A stretch of DNA of 64,000 bases from Malacoraja senta (Eukaryota): assembly GCA_038087875.1 (NCBI GenBank), contig CM075999.1, positions 2,606,001 through 2,670,000 of the forward strand, written 5' to 3'. The position numbers and the translations under genes were made by a program. Shown here piece by piece: positions 48,054-61,927 of this stretch. How positions within the stretch are numbered: the first letter of the stretch is position 1; each line of letters starts with the position of its first letter. The notes under the pieces were generated by a model. It did no database searches, was not told the origin of the DNA, and saw only the letters and a program-made list of their open reading frames with translations.

Positions 48054-51000
48054 TCATTGGTGACCCTCAGACTATCCTTGATCAGTCTTTGCTGGCTTTA
48101 CCTTGCACTAAAGGTTATTCCCTTATCATGTATCTGTACACTGCAAATGGATCAATTGTAATCATGTATTGTCTTTCCACTGACTGGATAGCACGCAACA
48201 AAAGCGTTTCACTGTACCTCGGTACTTGTGACAATTAACTAAACTAAACATTCTCAATTGCGAATGCATAGTTATCTGATTAGTGAGCATTTTAGTTTTA
48301 TGTTTGGGGTGACCGCTGGCGAAATTGAGACTAGCCAGGTTTAAATGTTGAGTTATGATAGATTATCTTTCATTTTAAACGACAAGCAGTTAGATTTTAT
48401 TAAGAAAAAGAGCAGTTAACCCCAAAGTTAGTCATTATATAGAAAATGCAGCAAAAAATATTCATTAAATATGTAGTCCAAGTTATGCGTCAATAGAAAA
48501 TATCTCTTTAAAGTGTCATTTTGCAATGTAGATTCTTGGTGAGAATTCACTCATACTCATTGCTGGAGTTACTCAACTGGTCTTTTTTTAGTTTAGTTTA
48601 GAGACAAAAACAGGCCCTTTGGCAACCAGCCATCCCCACACACTAACACTATCCCACACACTAAGGGCAATTTACAATCTTTACCGAAGCCAATTAACCT
48701 ACAAACCTGCACGTCTTTGGAGTGTGGGAGGAAACTGGAGCGCCCGGAGAAAACCCACGCGGGTCACGGGGAGAAAGCGCTGTACAAACTCCTTGCAGAC
48801 AGCACTCGTAATTGAACCGGGGTCTCAGGCGCTGTAAGGCAGCAACTCTACCGCTGAGCCACCAAGCCGCCCTCTTCAGACTGATTATTATTATTGTGTA
48901 GGAAGGAACTTCAGATGCTGGTTCAAACCGAATATAGGCACAAAATGCTGGAGTAACTCTACGGAACAGGCAGCATCTCTGGAGGGAAGGAATGGGTGAC
49001 ATTTCGGGTCGAAACCCTTTTTCAGTCCCGACCGGAAACATCACCCATTCCTTCTCTCCAGAGATGCTGCCTGTTCCACAGAGTCACTCCTGATTATTCT
49101 TCTTCTTCTTATTATTATTATTAATAAGGGGCAGTCACGGTGGCACAACGGTAGAGTTGCTGCCTTACAGCAAAATGCAGCGCCAGAGACCCGGGTTTGA
49201 TCCCGATTACGGGTGCTGTCTGTATGGAGTTTGTACGTTCTCCCCGTGATCTGCGTGGGTTTTCTCCGAGATCTCCGGTTTCCTCCCACACTACAGAGAC
49301 ATACAGGTTTGTAGGTTAATTGGCTTGTTTAATTGGCTTGATAAAAATGTTAAATTGTCCAAGTTGGCGATATGCAGAGTACTGCCCTGCCGACTACAAC
49401 ATTCAGAAGGTTCAGAAGGTATTACTTGTCCCCCTTCCTGCTTTATGTTAAATATTCAACTAATATTAGTAACTGACATATAGGTTTTGAATCAGTAGTA
49501 TTTGGACTTTTGCAGTATATTTTTGTACATGTGCTTTGAAATACTGCAATAGTTTGGACATTTAATGAGCCTAATTGCATCAACCACAGAAATGCAATCA
49601 AACTAATGAGTACAATTTAAATAAACATGAAAAAACTGCAAGTGGTAGAAGTCTAAGATAATTCTGAGATTACTGTTGATGTTTACATCATTATTTTAAA
49701 GTATCTGTAAATTGGCAGAGGCCACAACAAATAACCTAGCACCTTCAAGAATACACAGACCTTTTAAAAAAAAAACACATTGCTGGAGTAACTCAGCGGG
49801 TCAGGCAGCCCTGGACATCTTTCTTCACAGTTAATGTAGATGTGGGATGAGAAATCTGGAGTCAGCCCTCATCTCTCTTCCAGCTTTCACCCCACTCCCC
49901 CCCCCCCCCGCCCCGCACCCCCACCCCCCCACCCCACCCCGCCACCACAGTCTGAAGAAAGGTCCCAATCCAAAACGTTAGCCCTCTACATCCTCCAGAG
50001 ATGCTGCCTGACCCACTGAGTTACTCCAGCACTTTGTGTATTTTTATTTGTAAGCCAGCACCTGCAGTTCCTTGTGTCCACAGCTCCTTTTAAAGTTTGC
50101 CCTCCAGCCTTTGACATTTCCACCTTGACTGTCTCCCCTTTCAAAGCCTCTCATAACTTTAGTATACGGCACCAGAGACCCGGGTTCGATCCCGCCTCGG
50201 GTGCTGTCTGTGTGGAGTCTGCACGTTCTCCCTGAGACGGCGTGGGTTTCCCCCGGGCGCTCCAATTTCCTCCCACATACCAAAGGGAGTGCGGGTGTGT
50301 AGGTTAATCGGCCCTCTGTAAATTGCCCCCTGGTGTGTAGGGAGCGGATGGGAAAGTGGGATAACATAGAACTAGTGTGAACGGGCGATCGATGGACAGC
50401 ATGGAATTTGTGGGCCGAAGGGCCTGTTTCCCTACTGTGCCCTTCAATCAATCAATCAAAACCTCGGACGAGCACAAAAACGCTGGGCTTGCAAGTAATA
50501 TGTTTAACAACCGCGTTCTTTAATTCATTCAGAGCAGTGCAGGCACTCAGGGCAAAGACATCATCTGTTCTAATTAACCTTGGAAAGTGAGTTGCCTTTG
50601 CTTTCTACATATTGAACGGCTGCTCTATGCCTTTGGGCGGGCAGTTGCAGGATTTGAAAACACTCCTGCTGAAGGAATGTTGGTTTGTTTTTCAAGTCAA
50701 TGCAGTGCCCAGTTAGCAAACTGTACAACTCCTCCCCCTTCTGTCGTGGGGTAGACTGAGACTGACTCCCCTCCCCCCTCCCCAATCTTTGCACATCCCC
50801 CAAGCCTTTCCACTCGTCACTTTAATTCAATGTTTCATGTATCTTGGGTTTTTGTGTGTGTTCTATGACTGTTGGCAGGCCAATTTCCCTGCTGGGATAA
50901 ATTCAGTTTAGTTTAGAGATACAGAGCGGAAACAGGCCCTTCGGCCCACCGGGTCCGCGCCGACCAGCGATCCCCACACATTTACCCTACACACACAGGG

Positions 51001-51266
51001 GACAATTTACATTTGCACCAAGCCAATTAACCTACAAACCTGCACGTCTTTGGAGTGCGGGAGGAAGCCGAAGATCCCGGAGAAAACCCACGCCGGTCAC
51101 GGGAAGAACGCACAAACTCCGTACAGACAGCGCCCGTAGTCAGGATCGAACCCGAGTCTCCGGCGCTGCGTTCACTGTGAGGCAGCAACTCTACCGCTGC
51201 GCCACCGTGACTTCCCCTGTGGTCCGACAGAATACAATGCGTAATAAAGTTCTATTGTATCGTATA

Positions 51267-51338
51267 CAGGGACAGATTTAGATGAAGAGAGGCCCGAGGC
51301 TATTTCACTTGTGAAGCTTATATGTAAATCCGGCCCTG
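51267..51338. mobile_element. 72-bp hAT-type mini-element
   Basis: TIR CAGGGACAGATTTA / TAAATCCGGCCCTG; perfect 8-bp TSD ATCGTATA. Confidence 0.85.
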
Positions 51339-52111
51339 ATCGTATAATATCGTATCGTAGAGGGTGATTGCGAATGCCGTCTATCCCACATCTCTCTTGG
51401 CCTTCACCTTGGCAAAAACAGGGAGGTCCCTCACCCCAGCTCAACACCGTTAGAGTGCGAGTTGATGCCCAACCCAGGCGACTATTTACGTGCTCGCTGT
51501 AAGATCTACAGTCACATATTACAATCGGACCACACTCTTAAACCTCTGCTCCTACAGTCACATTCCTTACTTTTAGTAAGATCTGGCTTTACCTTGCACG
51601 AAATGCTATTCCCTCAACATGCATCTTATACACTGTAAACGGCTCGATTGTAATCATGTATTGTCTTTCCCCTGACTGGTTAGCACGCAACATAAGCTTT
51701 TCGCTGTACCTCGGTACACGGGACAATAAACCAAACTAAACTAACTAAACCAACTAACTAGCTAAAAGACCATTGTCCCCAATGCCCAATGGAATTATTT
51801 TTGCACCTTCTCCCCGTGACCTGCGTGGGTTTTCTCTGGGTGCTCCGGTTTCCCCCCACACTCCAAAGATGCACAGGGTTGTAATTGGCTTTGGTGAAAT
51901 CGTAAATTGTCCCTAGTGTGTGCAGGATAGCGTGCGGGGATCGGGGGTCGGTGCGGACTCGGTGGGCCGAAGGGCCTGTTTCCACACTGTATCTCTAAAC
52001 TAAGATCCACCATCTACTGTAGAAATTCCTCTTCATCTGCCTTCTTTACCACTACCTTGAAAGAGGTTTCTTAATCAGTTTCGGTTTAGTTTATTGTCAT
52101 GTGTAACGAGG

Positions 52112-52438
52112 TAGACAATAGACAATAGATGCAGGAGTAGGCCATTCGGCCCTTCGAGCCTGCACCGCCATTCAATGTGATCATGGCTGATCATCCCCAA
52201 TCAGTACCCCGTTCCTGCCTTCTCCCCATATCCCCTGACTCCGCTATCTTTAAGCACCCTATCTAGCTCTCTCTTGAAAGCATCCAGAGAACCGGCCTCC
52301 ACCGCCCTCTGAGGCAGAGAATTCCACAGACTCACCGCTCTCTGTGAGAAAAAGTGTTTCCTCGTCTCCGTTCTAAATGGCTTACTCCTTATTCTTAAAC
52401 CGTGGCCCCTGGTTCTGGACTCCCCCAACATCGGGAAC
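52112..52438 (-). mobile_element. CR1 3' fragment inside a Rex/Babar 3'UTR
   Basis: ORF2 C-terminus; aacgaggta repeated at the flanks. Confidence 0.85.
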
Positions 52439-53077
52439 GAGGTACAGCAAAAAGCTTTTGTTGCGTGTTGTCCAGTCAGCAGAAAAACAATAGATGATTA
52501 CAATCGAGCCATTTACAGTGTACATATTTACAATGTATATCATTGTTAACGAATATTTGAGATTCAGGTCAGATACAAAGGATGGCTTACTTCTATCGGT
52601 ATGCCCTGTCAGAGCAGATATCCATGGAGATTGATAATAGCATAACAGATAGACTTTCACCTGTAAACAGTGGGTTTTGACATTGGGCAGATAGGTATTG
52701 GTCGACCTGTGTTCATTTGTTCCTTTACTAAATCCACTTCCAGCTGAGGACATGTAAATGTGATTAATAAAGGTTGCTTAACCTTGCCCAGTGGCTACAA
52801 TCCCTCAGGAGTTCACATCATCCAGCAAGCTCCATGCAGTGTAGTGAAAGGTCGCTGAATTATTCAAAGAACCACACTCGCAAGAGAGAGCTATTTTGAC
52901 ACCATTTGCAGGTCAATATCAGCAGATTGAAACTCCCGAAATTCAATTCTCCTTAAAGTCACACACTTTCTGGATCGACCAAGCTTAACTAATAATATCT
53001 ACATACCCTTCTACAACCCAAGCCACTGGGTCGTGGCAGCACAGAAACAGGCCCTTCGGCCCAACTCCAGATTCAGG

Positions 53078-53580
53078 GTAGACAAAAGTGCTGGAGAAAC
53101 TCAGCGGGTGCAGCAGCATCTAAGGAGTGAAGGAAATAGGCAACGTTTCGGGCCAAAACCCTTCTTCAGACTGATGTAGGGTGGGGGTGGGAAGGGATGG
53201 GGAAAAGAAAGGAAAAAGGAAGAGGAGGAGCCCGAGGGCTGAGGGAGAGCTGAGAAGGGGAGGAGACAGCAAGGGCTACCGGAAATTGGTGAATTCAATG
53301 TTTATGCCACTAGGGTGCAGACTGCCCAAGCGGAATATGAGGTGCCGTTCCTCCAATTTCCGGTGGTGCTCACTCTGGCCAGGACAGAAAGGTCGGATTC
53401 GGAATGGGAGGGGGAGTTGAAGTGCTGAGCCACCGGGAGATCAGGTTGGTTAATGCGGACCGAGCGGAGGTGTTGGGCGAAACGATCGCCAAGCCTACGC
53501 TTGGTCTCACCGATGTAGATCAGCTGACATCTAGAGCAGCGGATGCAATAGATGAGGTTGGAGGAGATGCAGGTGAACCT
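53078..53580 (-). mobile_element. Penelope-like element 3' part: GIY-YIG endonuclease remnant plus pLTR
   Basis: RFTCISSNLIYCIRCSRCQLIYIGETKRRLGDRFAQHLRSVR..PVAQHFNSPSH, one frameshift, then RKLEERHLIFRLGSLHPSGINIEFTNFR* (TAG 53276-53278). Confidence 0.92.
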
Positions 53581-53934
53581 CAGTTTCTTCCCAGCTGTTA
53601 TCAGGCGACTGAATCATCCTACCACAACTAGAGAGCAGTCATGGACTACTAGTGTATCTACCTCATTGGAGACCCTCGGACTATCTTTGATCAGACTTTG
53701 CTGGCACTAAACGTTATTCCCTAATCACGCATCTGTACACTGTAAATGGCGTGATTGTAACCATGTATTGTTTTTCCGCTGACTGATTAGCACGCAACAA
53801 AAGCTTTTCACTGTACCCCGGTACACGTGACAATAAACTAAACTTTAAAAAATGTAAAAACTCCTCCATGCCAAACCAGATGCCCCTTCTAAGCTAGTCC
53901 CATGTTACAACGTTTCACCCCCATCTCACTCAAG

Positions 53935-54167
53935 CTTGTGTAGGAAGGAACTGCAGATGCTGGTTTACACCGAAGATGGGCACAAAGTGCTGGAGTAACT
54001 CAGCGGGACAGTCAGCGTCTCTGGAGAGAAGGAATGGGTGACGTTTTGGGTCGAGACCCTGCTTCAGACGATGGCCCTGTCTGAGGAAGGGTCTCGTCCT
54101 GAAACGTCACCCATTCCTTCTCTCCACAGATGCTGCCTGTCCCACTGAGTTACTCCAGCATTTTGTG
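53935..54167. mobile_element. Fold-back PLE terminal element
   Basis: Inverted pLTR halves with core motifs on both strands. Confidence 0.8.
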
Positions 54168-54749
54168 CCAATCCCCCTTAACCTTCCTATCCAGGTCCCT
54201 GTCCAAGTGTTTTTTAAATGTTGTTATAGTACCTACCTCAACAGGCCACTGGAAGCATGTTCTGTACACCTACCACCCTCTGTGAGAAACATTTCCCCCT
54301 CAACATACTGTGGCTTGGAGAAACCTCACCTGAACATGTGCCTAAAATAATTCCGGTTGGAAGTCACTCACTCGTGCAGAACACAGGTGTGAACAGAGCA
54401 AATTTGCAAGATTATCTGACAGCTAGTAGAGCCGCTGCCTCATAGTGCCCGAGACCGTGGTTCAATCCTGACCACAGGCGCTGTCTGAGTGGAGTTTGCA
54501 CGTCCTCCCTGCGACCACGTGGGTTTCCTCCGGGTGCTCAGGTCTCCTCCCACATTCCAAAGGCTTTCAAGTTTTTGTAGGTTAATTGCATTCGGTAAAT
54601 TGTACCGGGTGTGTGGGATAGAACTAGTGGCCGGGGTGATCGCTGGTCGGCGCGGCATTGGCGGGTCGAAGGGCCTGTTTCCACGCTGTATCTCTAAACT
54701 AAACTAAATTTTGTACCGGGGAGTTATCTCAGAGCAGAATGTTATTCCA

Positions 54750-55430
54750 TAGAGTCAGAGTAATATAGCCTGGAACCAGGCCCTTCGGCCCAACGCCCAC
54801 ACTGGCCAACATGTCCCATTTACACCTGCCTGTATTTGGCACCATGTCCCACCTGCCTGTATTTCGTCCATGTCAATCCAAACCTGTCCAATCCATGTAC
54901 CTGTCGAAATGTTTCTTAAATGTCGCGACAGTCCCTGCCTCAACTGCCTCCTCCGGCAGCTCGTTCCATACACCCACCACCCTTTGTGTGAAAAAGTTAC
55001 CCCTCAGATTCCTATTAAATCTTTCCCCCCTCACCTTAAACCTATGCCCTCTGGTCCTCAATTCCCCTGCTCTGGGCAAGAGACTCTGCATCTACCCGAT
55101 CTATTCCTTTCATAATTTTGTACACCTCTATAAGTTCATTAGTTCTAAGAGCAGAATTAGGCCATTCAGCCCATCAAGCCTATTCCGTCATTCAATCATG
55201 GCTGATCTATCTTTCCCTCTTAACCCCATTCTCCTGCCTTCCCCCCATAACCCCTGACACCTGTGCTAATCAAGAATCTGTCAATCTCTGCCTTAACAAT
55301 ATCCATTGACTTGGCCTCCACAGCAATCTATTATATCTTTCCCCCCTCACCTTAAACCTATGCCCTCTGGTTCTCGATTCCCCAACTCTGGGCAAGAGGT
55401 TCTGTGGATCTACCCGATCTACTCCTCTCT
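54750..55430 (-). mobile_element. CR1 3' fragments (two subfamilies, nested)
   Basis: RTRGHRFKVRGERF..QRVVGVWNELP. Confidence 0.8.
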
Positions 55431-56641
55431 TGATTTCATTACACCTAATATATAAAATATCACCAAATATCAATAACAAAAATATCAATGCAGCAGATTT
55501 TCAGATGGAGATCCCATGCATATTTTTAAGAAGTCAATCATGATACTACCTTATCTGCATTTGATAGCAGATGTCAGCAATATAATACTTAATGTAATGA
55601 TATAAAGAGTGCTATTAACATTAACGTTTTACTAATTACATTCAATAGCAGTATCTGCTAACTGTGTGAAATGGGCCAGTGTTTATCGAGATGTAAATTT
55701 AATTACCGCATTGGTGTGAAAATGGAATTTCTGCTCACAACCCCTTCTCCACAAGATGTAAAGATTCAACACCAATATTAATTACTAAAAGCTATTACCG
55801 TCATTTAATTTGAAGCATTCAAACTCTAAGCCAATTAACTTATTTTCCTATTTTTTATTAACATTGGCGTGGTGCTGCAGCAGTTAGTGCTGATGCACTT
55901 CGGAGCAACCCTGTTCAATCATGACTTCGGGTGCTGTCTGTGTGGAGTTTGCATGTTCTCCCTGTGACTGCAGGAGTTTCCCTTAGCTGCTCCTGTTTCT
56001 TTCCGTGTGCTAAAAAAATATTAGTTGGGTCAATCTGAAGAAGGGTCCTTACCCCGAAACATCACCCATCTATTCCTTCATGAAAGGAGCAGATTGGGTC
56101 GATGAATCAGGGCAGCATGGTGGCATAGTGGTACAGTTACTGCCTTACAGACCCCGAATTCAATACCGACCACAGGTGCTGTCTGTACGGAGTTTGTACG
56201 TTCTCCCCGTGACCTGCGTTGGTTTTCTCCGAGATCTTCAGTTTCCTCCCACACTACAAAGACGTACAGGTTTGTAGGTTAATTGGCTTGGTATAAATGT
56301 AAATTGTCCCTAGTGTTGTAGGATAGTGTTAGTGTGCGGGGATCGCTGGTCGGTGCGGACAGTGGGGCGAAGGGCCCGTTTCCGAGCTGTATCTCTAAAC
56401 TAAACTAGGGTAAACATACAGAGTCTCTTGCCCAGAGTAGGGGAATAGAGAACCAGAGGACATAGGTTTAAGGTGAGGGGGGAAAGATTTAATAGGAACC
56501 CGAGGGGTAACATTTTCACACAAAGGATGGTGGGTGTATGGAACAAGCTGCCGGAGGAGGTCGTTGAGGCTGGGACTATCCCAACGTTTAAGAAACTTTC
56601 ATACAACAGGTTGGGTTCAGTCAGAAGGAGGGTCCCGAATC

Positions 56642-56837
56642 GAAACATCACCTATCCATGTTCTCCAGAGATGCTGCCTGACCCGCTGAGTTACTCCAGC
56701 ACTCTGTGAAACGTCACCTATCCATGTTCTCCAGAGATGCTGCCTGACCCGCTGAGTTACTCCAGCACTCTGTGAAACATCACCTATCCATGTTCTCCAC
56801 AGATGCTGCCTGACCCGCTGAGTTACTCCAGCACTGT
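56642..56837 (+). repeat. Three tandem 66-bp PLE-derived units
   Basis: Units start at 56642, 56708 and 56774; same unit as 4743-4940. Confidence 0.9.
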
Positions 56838-57294
56838 GTTCTTCCTTGGTAAACCAGTGTTGGCAATTCCTTGTTTCTATGAGAGCCGTGTAGTTATTAG
56901 CCTGTATACAACTGAGTGGAGATACAAGGAACAGCAGACGCTGGAATCTTGAGCAAAGCACAAAGTGCTGGAGGAAGTCAACAGATCAGGCAGCATCTGT
57001 GGAGGTGTATATGCAGTTGGCATTTCTGGTCGGGACCCTTCTTAAGTCTGATGAAAGATTCTAATCGGAAACTTTGCCAGTATATTCCCTTCACAGGTGC
57101 TGCCCGACCAGAATAAGTGTAGGAAGGGACTGCAGATGCTGGTTTACACTGAAGATAGCCACAAAATACTGGATAAATGCTCAATGGGTCTGGCAGCATC
57201 TCTGGAGAGAAGGAATGGGTGACATTTCGGTTCAGACCCATCTTCAGACTCAGCCTGAAATGTCACCTATTTGTTTTAATAAATAATTTGTGCT

Positions 57295-59460
57295 TTTAGT
57301 TTGGTTTAGAAATACAACGCGGAAACAGGCCCTTCGGCCCACCGGGTCCGCGCCGACCAGCGATCCCCGCACACTAACACTACCCTACACACACCAGGGA
57401 CAATTTACAATCATACCAAGCCAATTATCCTACAAACCTGGACGTCTTTGGAGTGTGGGAGGGAACTGGAACCTGGAGCAGCCAGAGAAAACCCACGCGG
57501 TCACAGGGAGAACGTACAAACTCCGTTCAGACAGCGCCCGCAGTCAGGATCGAACCCGCGTCTCTGGCGCTGTAAGGCAGCAACTCTACCGCTGTGCCAC
57601 CCTGCACTGGAAAGGAATTAAAGTTTGATCTTACAGCTTTTGAAGTGAACATTGTGAAGTTATTGCAGCAGTTGCAGTCATTTGCAGACAGCGGTGTGTG
57701 GAACCATACAGGGAGGGCAGTATTTGGATGTGAATTCAACACTACACATTAAGGATGAGATGATTCAACAGACATGAAGACTATTATAGAAAGGAATTAG
57801 AGTTTACAACTAACACAGTTTGAGCCAATCACAGTGATATTCTGCAGCTCAATGGAACAGTGATCAATAACCACCTGTCATTGTTTGTAAGATCCCATCG
57901 ACCCATTCATGTGACATCTGATGAGACTGATGCAGGAACACAGCGCAGTGAGTGGGCCCTGAAAACTTATCAACGTGAACCAAAACCCTCCACTCCGTGA
58001 GTTTATGTTAAGAGATACAGCGCGGAAGCAGGCCCTTCGGCCCATCGAGTCCATGCCAATCATCGATCCCCATACACTCGCACTATCCTACACGCACTAG
58101 GGACAATTTACACTTATACCAAGCGAATTAACTGACAAACCTGTACGTCTTTGGAGCGTGGAAGGGAGCCGAGGATCTCGGAGAAAATCCACGCGGTCAC
58201 GGGGAGAACGCGCAAACTCTGTACAGACAGCACCCGTAGACGGGATCGAACCCGGGTCTCTGGCGCTGTGAGGCAGCAACTCTACCGCTGCGCCACCACA
58301 TCGCCCCAGTGGGGATTGCAGGGTTAGTGATACATATTCATAAGTGATAGGAGCAGAATGAGACCATTCAGCCCATCGAGTATACTCTGCCATTCAATCA
58401 TGGCTGCTCTATCTCTCCCTCTCAACCCCATTCTCCTGCCTTCTCCCCAAAACCCCTGACACCCGTACTAAATCAAGAATCTATTTATCTCTGCCTTAAA
58501 AATATCCATTGACTTGGCCTCCACAGCCGTCTGTGATATCCCCCATTCACTGCCGAGTATCCTTTGTACAAATACAAATATATTTGACCTGCATGTACTT
58601 TAGTTTAGTTTAGTTTAGTTTAGTTTAGTTTAGTTTAGTTTAGTTTAGAGCCACTGCGCCAACCAGCGATCCCCGCACATTAACACTATCCTCCACACAC
58701 TAGGGACCATTTACTCATTTTACCGAAGCCAATTAACCTACAAACCTGATCTCAGATTGAACCCTCGTGGTCACAGGGAGAACGTACAGACTCTGTACAG
58801 ACAGTACCCGTAGTCAGGATCGAACCCGGGTTTCTGGCGCTGTGAGGCAGGAACTCTACCGCTGCGCCACCGTGCCTAAGCTGTGCTCTCTGATCAAACT
58901 AGCCAAGTGGCACGGTGGCGCAGGGGTAGAGTTGCTGCCTCACAGCGCCAGAGATCGCGGGTCAGCATGGACTCAGTTAGCCGAAGGGCCTGTTTCCGCG
59001 CAGTATCTCTAAAGTCTAAAGCAACTCTTAAATATGGTCTATTACAGCTTGTGGGTCGCTCGGCAAACGTGTCAGGCTTACCGTTCTGTTTGTTCTGAAT
59101 ATTGTGAGCATGTTCCTTGCTGCTACGTTAAACATCATTGCCATATGGCAGAGCGTTATGAGCGGCGCGGTGGCGCAGCGGTAGAGTTGCTGCCTCACAG
59201 CGTCAGAGACCCCGGTTCGGTCCTGACTACGGGTGCTGTCTGTACGGAGTTTGTACGTTCTCCCCGTGACCGCGTGGGCTTTCTCCGGGTGCTCCGGTTT
59301 CCTCCCACACTCCAAAGACGTGCAGGTTTGTAGGTTAATTGGCTTGGTATAATTGTAAATTGCCGCTAGTGTGTGTAGGATAGTGTTAGTGTGCGGGGAT
59401 CGCTGGTCGGTGCGGACTCGGTGGGCCGAAGAGCTGTTTCTGCGCTGTATCTCTAAATAA
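57295..59460. mobile_element. V-SINE cluster (57295-57603 -, 58000-58300 -, 58598-58876 -, 58908-59015 +, 59162-59460 +)
   Basis: SINE consensus; (TTTAG)n tail expansion at ~58598-58647. Confidence 0.85.
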
Positions 59461-59538
59461 AAGTAGCACAGTTGAATTTAGCCCAATTTAAGTATTATTA
59501 TTTTGAGTCATATCTATTGAAGCATTCAATAAGATTTG

Positions 59539-59728
59539 TTTTAGAAAGAACTGCAGATGCTGGAAAAATCGAAGATAGATAAAAATGCTGGAGAAACTCA
59601 GCGGGTGAGGCAGCATCTATGGAGCGAAGGAAATAGGTGAAGAAAGGTCTCGAGCCGAAACATCACCTATTCCTTCGCTGCATAGATGCTGCCTCATCCG
59701 CTAAGTTTCTCCAGCATTTTTGTCTACC
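59539..59728. mobile_element. Fold-back PLE terminal element
   Basis: TSD TTCAATAAG(A/G)TTTG (59525-59538, 59729-59742). Confidence 0.85.
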
Positions 59729-60479
59729 TTCAATAAGGTTTGATCATTTCACAATTTAATGTTTATTTTGAAAGTAATGGAATCCAGCAAATCAGTAGAA
59801 CATCTACACAGATGCTGATGAGAAAAATAAGTTTAGTTCAGTGATACCACGTTAAAATAGGCCCTTCGGCCCACCGAGTCCATGCTGACCATCGATCACA
59901 CTTGTTCTATGGTATCCCATTTTCTCATCCACTCCCTACGCACGAGAGAGGCAATTTACAGACGCAAATTAACCTGCAAACCCACAACCCTTCCACCACA
60001 GAATGCTGCCAAGTCAAATGGATGTTGTTAAGGCGGAGATTGATAGATTCTTGATTAGTACGGGTGTCAGGGGTTACGGGGAGAAGGCAGGAGAATGGGG
60101 TTGAGAGAGAAAGATAGATCAGCCATGATTGAATGGCGGAGTAGATTCGATGTGGCGAATGGCCTCATTCTGTTCCTATAACTTATGAAATCTGCCATCT
60201 TTGTGGATGTGGGAGGAAACCGGAGCATCCGGAGGAAACCCACCCGGTCACAGGGAGAACATGCAAACTCCACACAGACAGCACCCGAGGTCAGGATGGA
60301 ACCCGGGTCTCTAGCGCGGTGAGGAAGCAGCTCGGCCAGCTGTGCCACTGTGCTGCCCTCATTTAAATTTAAATTAAGTTAATTTAAAGCCTCGAAAATA
60401 TTCCAGCTTGCAGTGATTTTGAATATGATGTACCTTGGTTTTGTTTCATAGATGGGGTGGGAGGGAGTGAGAGAATACC

Positions 60480-60917
60480 AGTTAAATTGGAGGAACAGCA
60501 CCTCATATTTCACTTGGGCAGCTTACACCCCAGCGGTACGAACATTGACTCTAACTTCAAGTAACCCAAGCTTTCCCTCTCTCACCATCCCTCCCCCTTC
60601 CCAGTTCTCCGAACAGTCCAACTGTCCTCCTGATTAAATTTTATCTCTGTATGCTTCATTGTCACCTTCCCCTAGATAACAATGATCTGTTTAACATCTT
60701 CCTTGACCCTCGCCCCCTTTGATGTCTTGTTTTCACACCTAACCCGTCCTTATCTCTGTGTCTCCCTCTCCGCTGACTCTCAGTCTGAAGAGGGAGTCTC
60801 GACCCGAAACGTCACCCATTCCTTCTCTCCAGTGATGCTGCCTGTCCCGCTGAGTTACGCCACCTTTCTGTGTCTATCTTCGGTTTTAAACCGCATCTGC
60901 AGTTCCTTCCTCCACAT
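60480..60917 (+). mobile_element. Penelope-like element 3' end
   Basis: KLEEQHLIFHLGSLHPSGTNIDSNFK* followed by pLTR with hammerhead-like core. Confidence 0.85.
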
Positions 60918-61526
60918 GTAATCTGTATTCCACAGAGACATGCCTTGGAGTGTGGCATTAATAAATAGCCTCTCCCTGCGAAATAGCTTTACCAACATAT
61001 TTGATATCGTGTCATAACCTCTGTGCTCTTATCTAACAAGTATCTTTCCCCGATTCCCCAAAGAGCAAACCTCTATTCATTTTAGACCTTGAAACCACAG
61101 ATATATTTTAAGATACATTACCATCACGTTAAAAAGAACACAATTTTCTAGACATAATCGCAAGTGCAGATCAGAAATTGTAGCACGGCAATCCGTCACC
61201 AACTTCCATATGCTTGTTTTAGTTGCAAGCATGCAATTTATCTTTGGAATTTGGCAGTTTCTTGCAAGGAGAATATGTCATCAAGAATTTCATCTCTGTA
61301 AGCCAGGTACTTATGTTTGTAAACCATTTCACCAGGATTCAAACCTCGAGGAAGGTGACAACACCACCCTTTGTAGCTTTGGAGATACAGCGCGGAAACA
61401 GGCCCTCCGACCCACCGAGTCCGCGCCGACCAGCGATCTCCGCACACTGACGCTGTCCTCTACACACACCGGGGACAGTTTACAATTATACCAAAGACAA
61501 TTAACCTCCAGCCCTGTACGTCTTTT

Positions 61527-61598
61527 GGAGTGTGGGAGTGTGGGAGTGTGGGAGTGTGGGAGTGTGGGAGTGGGGAGTGGGGAGTGTGGGAGTGTGGG
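61527..61598 (+). repeat. (GGAGTGTG)n expansion inside a V-SINE
   Basis: Slippage of the SINE-internal ggagtgtg motif. Confidence 0.9.
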
Positions 61599-61635
61599 AG
61601 GAAAACGGAGCTCCCGGGGAAATCCCACGCAGGCC

Positions 61636-61927
61636 TGGCCAAGATGGCCATTCGCGGGTCCAGGCAGCGGGCAGTGGACGGCTACACAGCGGTCGGCTGC
61701 CTGCCCCTTTTCCGGGGTTACGACCATGCCCCCGTGTCCCTGGAGAGGGAACACGCAGTGTCCACAGGGACTCTGGAGGCCTTCCGCGAATGTATTGTTG
61801 ATAAAATTGTTAATATTTTAATTTGATCTTTGTTTGTAAACTGCCAATATAGGCATTCTTTCATCGTGTTACTACTCTGTATTTTTGTTTGTTCTGAATA
61901 AAAGCATTTTGTATTAAAAAAAACAAG
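61636..61927 (+). mobile_element. Tx1-clade LINE 3' fragment inside a V-SINE
   Basis: AKMAIRGSRQRAVDG..CLPLFRGY..VSLEREHAVSTGTLEAFRE; AATAAA and A-tail; 20-bp TSD GGGGAAATCCCAC(G/A)CAGGCC. Confidence 0.75.

Noticed and set aside
49895..49945. C-rich tract as a functional G-quadruplex
   Set aside because: Low-complexity expansion within a PLE pyrimidine tract; no independent support
52591..52660. Minus-strand AG...GTAAGC-bounded 70-bp candidate exon
   Set aside because: Weak pyrimidine tract, only one open frame, no recognisable peptide
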